From Octopus bimaculoides (lineage: Eukaryota), in the NCBI RefSeq assembly GCF_001194135.2, contig NC_068999.1, forward strand, positions 30,769,531 through 30,810,811: a DNA stretch of 41,281 nucleotides. The letters are read 5' to 3'. Made by a program: the position numbers and the translations under genes. The notes beneath the pieces were generated by a model. The model did not search any database. It was not told where the DNA came from and saw only the letters and a list, made by a program, of their open reading frames with translations. Positions 20,171-33,134 of this stretch are shown piece by piece. The stretch's first letter is position 1, and each line of letters opens with the position of its first letter.

Positions 20171-20710
20171 ATAGATCTGTGTTGATAAAACTGGTTCACC
20201 TGTGCTGATAAAATATATTGATTTGTACTGACAGAACACACTATTCATTACTGAAGGATCACATTGATCTGTACTGATAAAACACATCAATTTACTTTGG
20301 TGGAACTAATTGATCTCTACTTATAGAACTCACTGAACTGTATTATCAAACATATGGATCTATATTGATAGAACATACTGATCTGTTCTGTTAGAACTGA
20401 TTGATCTTCATCTATAGATCATATTGAACTGTACTGATAGGAGATCTTGATCTGTAAAGATAGAAGTCATTATCTTTGCTGGCAAAACATATTCATGTAT
20501 TTTGGTAGAACATATTGATTTGTTCGGATAGAACTGATTGATCTACCTTGAGAGAACATATTAACTGATATTGAGCTAGGTTGAAAGAATATATTAATCT
20601 GCATTGGTAGAATGCATTGTTCTGTTATGATAAAACTGATTGATCTACAATAACAATACTAACTGATTCATAGTAATACAACTAACTGGACTGTACTGAT
20701 CGAAGTTATA
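20170..20710. repeat. Degenerate approximately 23-bp minisatellite (catattgatctgtactgatagaa)
   Basis: Recurrent attgatctgtactgatagaac-like units at about 23-nt spacing, directly abutting the 26-bp array. Confidence 0.8.
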
Positions 20711-21599
20711 AATCTGCTGATACACCAGATTCAACAAATCTTCATTAATGAATATATAAACATGTATCTGTTAGTTTGTTTAATTATCAATTGAACATTT
20801 TTTGCAATCATCAGTTAATAAAACTAATAGAAATATTTTTTCTTTTCTTTTGGATCTTCAATATTGATTTGTTACTATTAAAATTACAAAAATTCTTCCC
20901 AAATTGTTTCCATTTAATTTGTTTTACTTCTTTTTTCCCTCGTGACTTCTCAATGGATTGTGTTTGCTCAACTATCAATACTGTTGACTTAAGCACTAGG
21001 ATTTCATATAGAATAAAATAGATGAGATCAGTTGATGCTACATCACATGGTAAATAAAACTGTAATATAAACCTAATGGATTACTTTTCAAATAAATTGA
21101 TGAAGGTACAGGCTTAATTGTATTATCCACATCTAATTATACATGCATGGTAAGGTTTCAAATATAAGTATTCAATACTCAATGCTTATATGAATATAGT
21201 TGCACATATGTATGCAAATATTTTAAATATATACGTTTGATAACATAATAGTGGACTATGGAATTCCTTAACATTCAAGCAGTTATGTTTTGTATATAAA
21301 TTCAATTAATTATATTTGGTGCCACCGTATGTCTTAGTAAATATACAAATTGCTGTTTGAGATGTAAAATTTGTGATCCTTCACGAAATCACCTAACTAG
21401 TAACAACTACACTTGATTTGAAAGAGACATTATTTCAAAACTGTAATTCAATAGTATTTAGAATGAAGCCATGAAATTTATAATTAGAATCTTTGTCTAT
21501 GTCAGAAGCCAACCTTACAACATCTTTCCATACATTTTGATTCTGTACACTACAAAAAGCCTAATACATCTTGATCAACATTAAAATATATCTCATTAT

Positions 21600-22350
21600 A
21601 TTTTAGCCCAATGTATGTAAGCTTTCACCACCTCTACCCAACCTTTCAGAGATAGCTTCCTCTTAGCCCATTTCTGGATAAAACTAGCCATCCTAAACCA
21701 AAACAAAACGTTACATATACCCAAGGCATACAATTATGTTTCATTATGCTGTAAAAGTGCAAGTAGATCTCCATCAGATATGATGATGAGTATCCAGGTG
21801 TTTGATCAACTGAACTATCTGCATATTGAATTAGTATGAGTGGCTGAGTATTCCACTGTGTACCCTTGAGGTAATTCCTAGGCAGAATCAGTGTGATATA
21901 TTGTGTGACAAGGTTGTATCTTTGAATTCCAGGTACAATCCATGCAACAGGCTTTTGCAAAATTTCCATCAACTCAATTTCACTCACAAAGATTGGATTG
22001 ACCTAAAAGACACTTGTTCAAGAAGAAATCATGTTGTGAGATTAAATGAGAGCTCATTACTGCAAATTCAACTTTTTAACCATCTAGCCATGCTGTGTCC
22101 TATACAACAATAATTGAGGCTGGCCACTCTGTTCATCCCAGTTTCTGTTTACTTGAAGGTCCAGACTGACCTGGTTTCAAGCAGTTTAGCTGGTCCATGT
22201 GTTCAATGACCTATGGTTCAGAGCTATTCAACAGCATAGACTTCCCTCTCCAGTCAATGTTGCTCCAACATCAGTCATTATTTTTGAGATGGTTATTGCA
22301 AATGTAGACCAATCTGGTAGTGATATTTCATTACAAAGTGATGGATGAAA
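21600..22350 (-). mobile_element. Highly decayed L1/Tx1-like LINE RT relic
   Basis: Minus-strand frames give GIQRYNLVTQYITLILP (aligns loosely with VRQGCPLSPLLYVLALEP), QYADS (YADD position) and IQKWAKRKLSLKGWVEVVKAYI (the W..R.LSL.GR..VVK motif typical of L1/Tx1 after the RT), in the correct order. Confidence 0.5.
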
Positions 22351-23265
22351 GAAGGGATTTTGAAAATTATTTCAAGTAACTCTAGAACCAAACAACTAAA
22401 CCTACTACCAGCTGGATAGCAGTTTAAGCATTTGGTGAATCAACATTACCTAAATATAAATATTTGATCTAAGAACAATATTTATTTGAACTTAATAGGT
22501 CATATTGCAACTATATTATTTTTTAATTTTATGTGTATAGAAGTGCAATAGAACAAACTTGTTGAAGACAATCTCTTTTATTCTTTTCAGTTTTAACACA
22601 AGAGTGTTGGTTTGGTCTTGAAGGTTGGTTGATGAAACCCAGTAATATACCAGGACTGATTAAACCAGTTAGCCACACACACACACACACATGGAAACTG
22701 TTTAGATGGCAAAAATAATTTAGTTGTCCTACAAGTAAATTATATGACGACATGATGATGATGATTATGAAGAGGAGGCTGGTGGCAGTGGTGATGACAA
22801 CAGTAATAACAAGGACAATGATGATGTGAATGATAAGTTGTAAACCAATCAATTCCCATATTTCCATCAGTGGAAAAAATTCGTAGGTTCCGTCTGTTCC
22901 TCTCCTTAACATATGAAGATGACAGTTCTATGGAGAGAAATGATCAGAATCCATTTCATTGGACAATAACTCCTCAGTCTTTTTCATCTGGATTATATAT
23001 AGTCTCTAATTCATTTCGTCATCTTGTATGTTCTGCCATCGATACAATGCCAGCAATCAAAAGCCTGCTGGAATACAGTCAACTATTTAAATGTTGCCTT
23101 TGTTTTCTTTACCCTTTCCTCCTCCTCCTCCTCCATTTAATTCACATTTCTTCTCACTGATGTCTCTAATATCCTGTCGTCACTTCCTTGACTACTTCCG
23201 TCTGAAGCAAATACCAACTATTTATTCACTCTTAACTCTTTTTCTTCTTCTCACCCTTTGTATCT

Positions 23266-23268
<3 letters not shown>

Positions 23269-23317
<49 letters not shown>
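23269..23317. repeat. (CA)n microsatellite
   Basis: Direct reading. Confidence 0.98.
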
Positions 23318-23320
<3 letters not shown>

Positions 23321-26279
23321 TAGTTGTGTGAAAATACCATATCAAAGTAATACCATATCATTTACCATATCAAAGTGAACTTCCAATAACAGAGAATTCC
23401 TTCTCAATAAACAATCAAGTTAAGATGCTTAATCACTTTTCTGCAGCTTTCATTTGTGGCTTTAGTAATTCAGCTTTATATGAGAGAATATCTGTACACA
23501 TTCTTCACCTTTATAGTCAAGGATTCAATTGTAGTTTATTGCCAACACTAACATTGCTAACATAATGTGTGGCAAACTGAGTGAAGTTTGTATGAAATGT
23601 TATAAACTGTACTGGTAGTATTAAGTATATGATATGCTTTTGTAATAAACAATATTGTTATTACAGATACTAAATATATGCTATGCTATATGGTAAGGTA
23701 TCAAGTACTGACTATATGAAAAATTGTATTGGTGATATCAGATACTGAATATGAAGTGAAAGAAGAGGAAGCAGAAGTGATAATAAGTGATGAGGAAAGG
23801 TCAGTAATTGATTTGAAGATTAGAATTTAAAAATAAACTTGTGTATAAATTGTGAATCTGAGGAGAATGACAAAGATTTACAGAAAGTTTCTTATAACAT
23901 TGACCAACGAATATAAATAATTCAGAATGCTGCATTTGTCATAAAGAAAGAATGAAAGAAAGCACAATATACTTCTAGACATCTTAAAGAATTCTATGTT
24001 GTTTCTGAATCTACTAAGGGATGTTTACAAAAAGAGAAAGATAATTGCAAAAAGGAAAGAGATGAATATATTCATCACGCCGATACATTTCTAATATTGG
24101 GTTTGAAAAGAAAATTTTCATGAATTTCTATCCCCCACCTTTCTTTGGTAAAAACAGTGACATAACATAGGTTTTACCTCACCTTTCCTTAAATATAAAA
24201 TATCTTCAACTGCAGCAAATACAGATATATAAAGTGGCTACTCTGTATGGTTAACCACATATCCTAAACTGGTTAAACAATAAAACCAGATAATTTTTAT
24301 TCTTCACATTTCACACTTATTTGCTAGGATTAAATCCACTTAGATATCCTGACTACAATTTATTTCCTTTTACTTGTCTTCCTTTGAAAAATACTTGTTC
24401 TGCAAATATGTTAAAGAATACAATAGCATCTTCCCTTCTAATACTCAGTGTCAATAAAGTCTAATATAAAATATCCCACTTTATTCCATACTGAAATCAC
24501 ACATCAGATAACTTTACTAGGCAGCATGAAGTTGCCCAGGATGTAATGGGCTGTTTTTTCTGTTTTTGTACAATAACATTCTGGCAAATTTTGATATATA
24601 TACACTCAAATGCCCATGCAACCCCCAAGCACAACCNNNNNNNNNNCACACATATGCAAATCAGTGAGATGCATTTTTTAAAATACAGACAGGACACTTT
24701 TGCTCTTTGTTAAAGCTACCTACAAAATTGGTATGGAAAGGAAGGAGATAGGAAATACCCAGACTCAACCAATAATGTTTGATATCAATAGAAGATCTTC
24801 AATATAATGTAACACAAAAATAACAACAACTAACATAAAAAATGAGTTTATCATTGAATAGACAATAATTTGTCTAAGAGTATATGTCTATGGCAGAAAG
24901 AGAGAGAGACAGAGAGACAGAGAAAGAGAGATGAAGGGATGTGTGTATGTTTAATAAATGCAGCAATCTAAGTTGAGAAATGTAAAAATAAACTCAAACT
25001 GCATCCATTATTTTCTGCTCTTTTAAATTGTTTTTATGAACCAAGTTTGGCAGTAGAAAATAAGATAAGAACATTAATAAAATATCATAGAAAAAGATTT
25101 AAAGCTATTTTCTTCTCCATCAATAGTTGACATATGCAAATGTAATGACATCTAAAGCATGTTATACATTAAGATCTCTCTCTCACTCCCTCTCCACATA
25201 TATACATATACACACTTATCCATATTCTTTTGGTTAAACAAAATGATAATATTTTGTTAAGAAGTTCTGCAATTAAGCAATTAAGAGACTGAATGAAGTA
25301 GCAGAAAGATTAGAGTGTAACACAAAATGGCTTAAGGTTTTTGTTCCTGTTCAATGCTTTCTAGGTTCAAATCTCAGCAATGCCAACTTTACATTTTATT
25401 CTTTGAAGTATCAGCCCAGGGTGGTGGATAGGTGAAATTGCTTAAACATCAGCTGTTTGGCAGTATTTGCTGCAAACTTTTGATTTCAAAGTGTATTATA
25501 TATCACCTACACTAAAACTACCACCTGGTCATTTATGAAATTCACTCTGATTCAGACTTTTGGACCAGATCTCCATATTGAGAATAACTTCCTTCTTTCC
25601 TCCATCCCTCCCTCCCACTGATACTGAAGGCCCTGAAAGAGTCAGGGGTATTGCCCTTCCCTTCAGGATCGGAAAAAAGATGTTTAGCCTTGGTTAACCC
25701 TCCAACGAATGATAAAAGACATCCTGGTGGTGGCCATCCCACGTTTTAGTCACAGTTTATCTAAGATTACATTATCTGCCTCTTTATAAGTGTAAAGTGT
25801 GATATGAGGAAGATTTGATAGTTATGTCAATCAGATTGATTGATCACATAAAGGTTCATACAACTAGAGTATAGTTGTAATTATAATGATGTGTCATATA
25901 GATATCGTGGTTGTTGTTGTTGTTTGGCCTTTGGTCAACCCTGATCTAGCAGACTTAAGATCAATGACATTCCAGGTATGACCATAGCGTCTTGTTGAAG
26001 ATATCTGGGACTACATTATTTAATGTGTCCATTCCATAAAGACATGAAAATAGAATTTGAGGAGGATTTAGCTGTTATTTTTAGTAGGTCAAACAACCAC
26101 ATAGAAGCTTCCTCAGATGGTTTACAGAAGTGATGGCACATGAACAGAGACATACCTACAAATGTCAGGCTCTCACTATAAAGAGTGTAGGGATTTGTTT
26201 TTTAAATATAAACAAAATGAGAAAGAGAGGTAGAAGTGTGGAAGGCAGAAGAAAGAAAGAGCAGTGAGAGAGAGAAAGA

Positions 26280-26620
26280 GACGTGGTCGATGCCAGGTCC
26301 GCCTGACTGGCTCCCATGCTGGTGGCATGTAAAAAAGCACCATCTGAATGTACCGATGCTAGTGCTCCCTGACTGGCTCCCATGCTGCTGGCTAGTAAAA
26401 AGCACTATCTGAACGTGTTCAATGCCAGGCCCGCCTGATTGGCTCCTGTAAAAAGCACCCACTACACTCTTGGAGTGGTTGGCCTTACGAGGGGCATCCA
26501 GCTGTAGAAACATTGCCAGATCAGATTGTAGTCTGGTGCAGCCACTGGCTCTCCAGACCTCAGTCAAATCGTCCAACCCATGCCAGCATGGAAAACAGAC
26601 GTTAAACGATGATGATGATG
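26280..26620 (+). mobile_element. RTE 3'-UTR fragment with three approximately 65-bp tandem units and a (GAT)n tail
   Basis: Units start atgc(c/t)ag at about 26291, 26357 and 26421. The tail aaaagcacccactacactc...ccaacccatgccagcatggaaaacagacgttaaacgatgatg matches 19325-19495. Confidence 0.88.
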
Positions 26621-27704
26621 ACAGCCTAATATTGTCAATTATGAAAACAACAAAATGATCATGACTTGAATCAAAACAATATTTTAGGATTTGTAACCTA
26701 TAATAAAGTTTTATCTACTGAAGAATTTTATTATCCAATACAAAAATAGATGAAAACACACCAGAATCCATAATCTGGTAGTCTTTAATTCATTAGAATG
26801 GCAGAAATAACTGGAATATATTTGAATCTTTTGGCATCATTGGTCAATAATCATGAAACAATGACTTCTGTCATTTAAACTCAGTATGGAAGCAGAAGCT
26901 ATTGCAATCACTTTATTCATATCAAATTAATTTTATGCTGTATTTTTCATTATATTTTCAAATCAGAAAATGAATTTATTTTGAAATTAACAATAATTGA
27001 TATCATTGTCATATACAACTCACTGTTCAAATTTATATGGACCCAATGCTAAAGAGTCCAGTGTTTTGAAACACAATGCAAGCAACTTGCATGATTATTT
27101 TGTATGCAGTTAAGAGAAATTAAATGTTGAAACTATAACAGTGACTACCTCCAACAATGTCTGATAGAGTCAGTGGTTAAGGACTGCTAGATGTAGCCTA
27201 TCCAATCCATCTGACTGGTAGTTTGGTAGAAGCTATTTTACAATGGTACATTAATAACAACAGCAGAGTAAACAAATTTTTCTTTGAAATAAGCATGAAG
27301 AGGGAAAATTCAATATAACACAAATACAGCTAGGACATATACACAATAAATCAGTTTGAAACTAAGAGAATTTTGGAAATGTTTCAATGTTTAATAAAAA
27401 ACAGAATGAGATAGAAAATGTTTATAAAAAATAGTCTTCAATAAATAAAACAGAAAACAAATATAAAGCACTCTACTACATCATCATCATTATTATCAAT
27501 TTCATCATCATCATCAGCAGCATTGTTATCTGTTTAACAGATTCTTTCATTCTCATCTCCATTAAATATTTCCATTTGATATTGATTAAAAGATGAATAA
27601 AACTGAATGAATTTTAAAAAAATACTAGGTATTATTATTTTTCATTCTTAAAAGCATCAACCTGTTATCTTCCTCTTTCTCCTCTTCATCATCATAATAG
27701 TAAT

Positions 27705-27920
27705 CTTTTCTACTATAGGCACAAAGCCTGAAATTACTGTGGGAGGGGGTTAGTCAATTACATTGACCCCAATGCACAACTGGTACTTATTTCATTGACC
27801 CCTGAAAGGATGAAACGCAAAGTCAATCTTGGCAGAATTTAAGCTCAGAACAAAAACAGATGAAATAGCTCTAAAGCATTTCATCCTGCATGCTAATGAT
27901 CCTGCCAGCTCATCACATTA

Positions 27921-27965
<45 letters not shown>

Positions 27966-28105
27966 CCTTTCTACTATAGGCACAAGGCCTGAAATTTGGG
28001 GGAGGGGACTAGTCGATTACATTGACTCCAGTGTTTCACTGGCACTTAATCTATCTATCCCAAAAGGATGAAAGGCAAAGATGGACAAAATGTTGCAAAG
28101 CATTT
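27705..28105 (-). mobile_element. Two tandem SINE family B copies (about 27705-27920 and 27966-28105) separated by (TAA)n
   Basis: Both start tttctactataggcacaa.gcctgaaat on the plus strand, the reverse complement of the family B 3' end. The second copy is internally deleted. Confidence 0.85.
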
Positions 28106-28120
28106 TAATAATAATAATAA

Positions 28121-29721
28121 TCTTTCTGTTGTCCTATGCAAAGTCAACGTGCACTATGAGCTGAGAAAAAATGGATCTTGTCTCAACCACCTTCTCTTCA
28201 TAGATGATTTAAAACTGTTCGCAAAAACAGAGCCTGAAATAGAGAGGCTGGTTGAGACTGTGCAGATGTTCAGCAAAGATATAGGGATGGAATTCGGTAT
28301 TTCAAATTGTATGGTGCTCACTTTGAAATGGGGGAAAAGGGCAGATTGTAAGGGCATAGAATTGCCAAATAGAGAGTGAATGGAAGACCCAGATGATGAT
28401 GGGTACAAGTATCTTGGGATCTCAGAGCTAGACAATATCTTGCACAGAGAAAATGCAAGACAAGGTTATCACAGCATATTTGAAGTGCCTCAAACTTTTC
28501 TTGAAGTCAAAACTCAACTCAACTGTCTTCAGCATATGGGTTGTTGCTGTAGTCTGCTATAATGTACTCATCCTGAAATGGACATGAGCAGAGATTAACC
28601 AACTTGATTATACTACTCAAAAGACAATGGATGGTGCTTTCCATCCTAAGGCAAATGTACACAGGCTCTACACGAAGAGGTGTAAAGATGGACGTTGGTT
28701 GATTAGTGTAGGGGAGCACATCAACATTGAAAAAAGAAATACGGCAGAATATTTGGTAAACAGCAAATGAGACCTGTATGCTGCTAATGCAGAAGAATTT
28801 ATCAGAAATGGACTTGAGAGTGCTAATGAATTCTGATCATGTATAGCCAATGAGAGAGAAGAAACCCTATTCTGCATGAAATTACATGGTCAGTTACACT
28901 GTGAAACTAACAACTTAAAAGACCAGGAAGCATCATGGAGGTGGTTCAGCAAGGGTTCCCTAAAAAAAGATTACTTAAAGCCTAATCATCGCTGCCCAGG
29001 ATCAGGGATTGAATACCAACTGAGTGAAAAAGGATATATACCATACAAGTGCAATGAACCTCTGCAGAATGTGTGGGAGGAGGGTCAAAAGCATGACTCA
29101 CATTGTTAGTGCTTGTGAAAGTCTTACACAGAAAAAGTACAAGCGTAGACATGACAAGGTAACCTAAAATCTTCACTGGCTACTATGCCGAAAGTATGGA
29201 TACAAGATGACAGGTGCTTGGTGCCAACCTACACCAGAAAAGGTAATGGACAAAAAGGGAAAGGCAAAATATTCTGGGACTGTGACTTCCAGACAGACAA
29301 GGTGTTAGAGCACTGAAAACCGAATATAGTAATCTTTAGGAGGGACAAACAAGAGTGCCTAATAGGCAGCATGGTAGTGCCAGGAGATCAACATATTATC
29401 ATCAAAGAAAGAGAAAAGATTGATAAATATGGAGACCTGAGAGTTGAGATTGCCAAGATGTAGCGGCTACGAGAGTCAAATATGAAGGTTGTCCTTGTTG
29501 TCATCAAAGCACTGGGTTCAATACCACCCAACCTGAAGAAACATCTGGAACCTTTAGAAATACCCCACAATCTAGGTGTATTGGAAAAATAGGTATTACT
29601 TGCACACATATTACATAAGGTACTGTCTATCTGAGGTCCTTGCTGTGACTTGACAGATAGTCAGACCCCTAGTAGAAACTCAATCAGCAACATCACGATA
29701 TTAGATTCTGTGCAATGTATT
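28121..29721 (+). mobile_element. Dong/R4-clade non-LTR retroelement (RT C-half, CCHC, restriction-like endonuclease), 5'-truncated, in (TAA)n
   Basis: LNHLLFIDDLKLFAK, DIGMEFGISNC, YKYLGI, CRMCG...THIVSAC, RRHDKV..LHW, ILWD.DFQTDKVLEH.KPNIV, KIDKYGDLRVEI, V..VVIKALGSIP. Flanked by TAA repeats on both sides. Confidence 0.93.
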
Positions 29722-29756
29722 AAATAATAATAATAATAATATTAATAATAATAATA

Positions 29757-31718
29757 CCCATAAAAATGACACTTAGGAAGATTAAGATGGGTTACTGATG
29801 TGGGAAGTAAGGTCCATCATTGAACCATCTTGTTTATGGATGACCTGAAATTGGTTGGGAAATCTGAAAAACAGATAGATTCCTTAACCAAAACAGTCTA
29901 GAAGTGTGGTAGGGACATCGGTATGGAATTTGGGATTACCAAATGCTCAGTACTTATGAAAAGAGGGAAGAAAGCATCATCATCATCATTATCATTATCA
30001 TCATCGTTTAACGTCCGTTTTCCATGATAGCATGGTCTGGAGAGCAAGCGGCTGCACCAGGCACCAATCTGATCTGGCCATGTTTCTACAACTGGATGCC
30101 CTTGCTAACACCAAACACCCCAAGAGTGTAGTGGGTGTTTTTTATGTGCCACCAGCACTGGAGCCACATTGATCACATTCAGATAATGCTTTTTATGTGC
30201 CACTGACATGGAGGCCAGTTCAGTTGGTGCTTTTTATGTGCCACCAGTATGAGAGCCAGTCAGTGAGTACTGGCACTGGCCACATTCAGATGGTGCTTCT
30301 TACATGTCACCAGCATGGGAACCAGTCAAGGGGCACTGGTTACAACTACGATATTGGTTTTCAGAAGAGACCATGAGTGAACCTGACAGTAGTGGGTATA
30401 GATATTTAGGGATTTTAGAGCTGAATGACATTCTACACAGAGAAATTAAAGTCAAGGTCAATGAGGCATCAAAAAAGAGTGAAGATGGTGTTGAAATCCA
30501 ACCTGAATGCCAAAAATTTGATTACCACAATGAATACCCGAGCAGTTGCAGTAGTCAGATGTAGTGTGTCCATCCTCAAATGGACTAAGGAGGAAATATC
30601 AACACTAGATAGAAAGACGAGAAAGTTGATGATGTTGCATTGGGTGCTACACCCTAAAGCAAACGTAAACAGAGTGTATATGAAAAGAAAGAATGGTGGA
30701 AAAGGACTAATTAGTATAGACCATTATATAAGGAGAGAAAGGAGAATGCTTGCCGAGTATTTGATAAATAGTGATGAAGACCTGCTGCAATATTCCATGA
30801 AAGATATGGGTGTAGATGCAGATGAAATGATGGGTAAGGAAGAGTTTAACCAAAGAGCTTAGGAGAAGAGGAAAGGAGACCTTCTTGAAATGAGAATGCA
30901 TGGACAGTTTGAAAGGAATACATAAAACATTAAGGATAATACAGCATCGTGGGCATGGCTTGAATGAGGTGATTTGAAGTGTACCACCGAAAGCCTGATC
31001 ATTACTGCACAAGATCAGGCTCTTGCTACCAATTCAGTGAAGTATAACATCTTTAAAATTCTGACATCCAGAAATGCAGACTCTGTGGAAAGAGTGAGGA
31101 AAATGTGACCCACTTAGTAAGTGGATGTGAGAGCCTTGCACAAAAAGAATACAAACGCCACCATGATAAAATGTGTGTGTATCTTCATTGGCTCTTATAC
31201 CATAAATACCAATAAGAAGTAACAGAAAACTGGTATGAGCATGAGCAAGTAAAGTTATGCAGGAGGATGGAAAAGTAACGACACTCTTGGACTATGATTT
31301 TCAAACAGATCGTGTAATCAAACACTGTTGACCGGATATTGTCATATTGAGTAAGAGAGACAAATACTGTTAGATCATTGATGTAGCCATACCAAATGAC
31401 ATGAATGTTGTGAGTAAAGAGGTTGAAAAAAATCGTCAATTATTCTGAATTGAAAGTGGAAATGGCAAGACTGTATGGAATGCGGGAGGGTAATATAAAA
31501 GTGATACCAGTGGTGATCAGAGCATTGGGCTCAATCCCATTGAAACTTCAAAACTTCTTAAAGCAGCTGGAAATCCCATGCATGGTTGATGTCTTGCAAA
31601 AAGCATCCTTATTGGGCACAGTACACAACTTAAGGAAAGTATTATGTCTGAAGTCCTTGTTGTGATTTGACAGATGACTAAAGACTCCGGTGCATTTTTA
31701 CCTACACTGTTATGAAGG
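29757..31718 (+). mobile_element. Second, diverged Dong/R4-clade element in tandem, interrupted at 29975-30350
   Basis: LNHL..MDDLKLVGKSEKQ, DIGMEFGITKC, YRYLGILE, LHPKANVNRVYMKRKNGGKGL, KCRLCGKSEENVTHLVSGC, RHHDKMCVYLHW, DFQTDRVIKH..PDIVIL...IIDVAIPND, PVVIRALGSIP. Ends in (TAA)n at 31719. Confidence 0.93.
29975..30350 (-). mobile_element. RTE 3'-UTR fragment inserted in the second Dong element
   Basis: (CAT)n-cgtttaacgtccgttttccatg...gagtgtagtgggtg is the reverse complement of the RTE tail, with tandem tgcttttatgtgccac units. Confidence 0.88.
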
Positions 31719-31719
31719 A

Positions 31720-31751
<32 letters not shown>

Positions 31752-31814
31752 GATGATGATGATGATGATGATATTATTATTGAAACAAAACCTGTGATAA
31801 AGAGATAATAATAA

Positions 31815-32019
31815 TTTCAAATTTTGGCACAGGGCCAACAGTTTTTTTAGGTGAGGTGTAAGTTGATTACATCAACTCCAGTATTTATCTGGTACTGAAG
31901 GGCAAAGTCAACCTCATCAGAATTTGAACTCGGAACAAAACAGATGAAACACTGAAAAGCATTGTGCCTAGCATGCTAACAATCCTGCCACCTCGCCACT
32001 TTAAATAATGATAATGATG

Positions 32020-32068
<49 letters not shown>

Positions 32069-32260
32069 TCCCTTCTACTGGAGGAGGGGGATGAGTCAAC
32101 TACATTGATCCCCAGTACTCAACTGGTACTCAATTTATTGAGCCTGGAAGGATGAAAAACAGAGTCAACCTCGGCAGAATTTTAACTCAGGACATAGCGG
32201 CAGACGAAATACTGCTAAGCATTTCGCCTGGCATGCTAACGATTCTGCTAGCTCACCACC

Positions 32261-32311
<51 letters not shown>

Positions 32312-32535
32312 GTAATAATAATAATAGTTTCAAATTTTTCCACAAGAGCAGCAATTTTGGGGGAGGGAGGGGATGAGTCAATTACATTGACGCAAGTTTT
32401 CAACTGGTACTTATTTTATCGACCCCAAAAGGATGAAAGACAAAATTGACCTTGGTGGAATTTGAACTCAAAACAGAGTGATGGGTGAAATACCGCTAAG
32501 CATTTTGTCCAGTGTGCTAATGGTTCTGCCAGCTT
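31815..32535 (-). mobile_element. Three tandem SINE family B copies (about 31815-32003, 32070-32262 and 32328-32535) separated by (TAA)n
   Basis: Each contains ggtact...gaaaggatgaaa...gtcaacct.ggcagaattt.aactc...ctaagcatt...tgctaac.att/tcctgcca, and each is bordered by TAA runs. Confidence 0.88.
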
Positions 32536-32564
32536 GATAAAGCTAAATAATAATACTAATAATA

Positions 32565-33051
32565 ATCATCATCATCATCATCATTGTCATTTAACGTCCG
32601 CTTTCCATGCTGGCAAGGGTTGGACGGTTTGACTGAGGACTGGTGAGCTAGAAGGTTGCACCGGGCTCAATCTGATCTGGCAAAGTTTCTACAGCTGGAT
32701 GCCTTTCCTAACACCAATCACTCCAAGAGTGTAGTGGGTGCTTTTATGTGCCACTGGCANNNNNNNNNNTTCCTAACACCAATCACTCCAAGAGTGTAGT
32801 GGGTGCTTTTATGTGCCACTGGCACGAGGGCCAGTCAGGTGGTTCTGGCAATGACCACACTCAAAAAGTGTTTCTTACATGCTACCTGTACAGGAGCCAG
32901 TCCGGTGGCACTGGCAATGACCACGCTCGAATACTGTTTTTCATGTGCCGGTATGGCAACGCTGGCAATGATCATGCTCGAATGGTGCTTTTTACATGCT
33001 ACTGGCACGGGAGCCAATCCATGGCCCTGACAACGATCACGCTCAGATAAT

Positions 33052-33053
<2 letters not shown>
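32565..33053 (-). mobile_element. RTE 3'-UTR fragment with tandem units (contains a 10-N gap)
   Basis: (ATC)n-tttaacgtccgctttccatgctggc...gagtgtagtgggtgcttttatgtgccac followed by repeated ggcaatgac(c/t)a(c/t)(a/g)ctc units. Confidence 0.88.
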
Positions 33054-33118
<65 letters not shown>

Positions 33119-33134
33119 TGGTAATAATAATAAT
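33053..33134. repeat. (TAA)n microsatellite
   Basis: Direct reading. Confidence 0.97.

Noticed and set aside
19705-20710. Regularly spaced short repeats as a CRISPR-like array
   Set aside because: The units are contiguous and degenerate with no unique spacers, the context is eukaryotic, and there are no cas genes.
22529-23378. ORFs of 95-127 aa including an acidic D/E/N-rich stretch and hydrophobic runs
   Set aside because: They are explained by degenerate (GAT)n, (CCT)n and (CA)n tracts, with no recognisable domain or convincing splice sites.
32705-32824. 55-bp direct repeat flanking a 10-N gap
   Set aside because: Same assembly artefact pattern.
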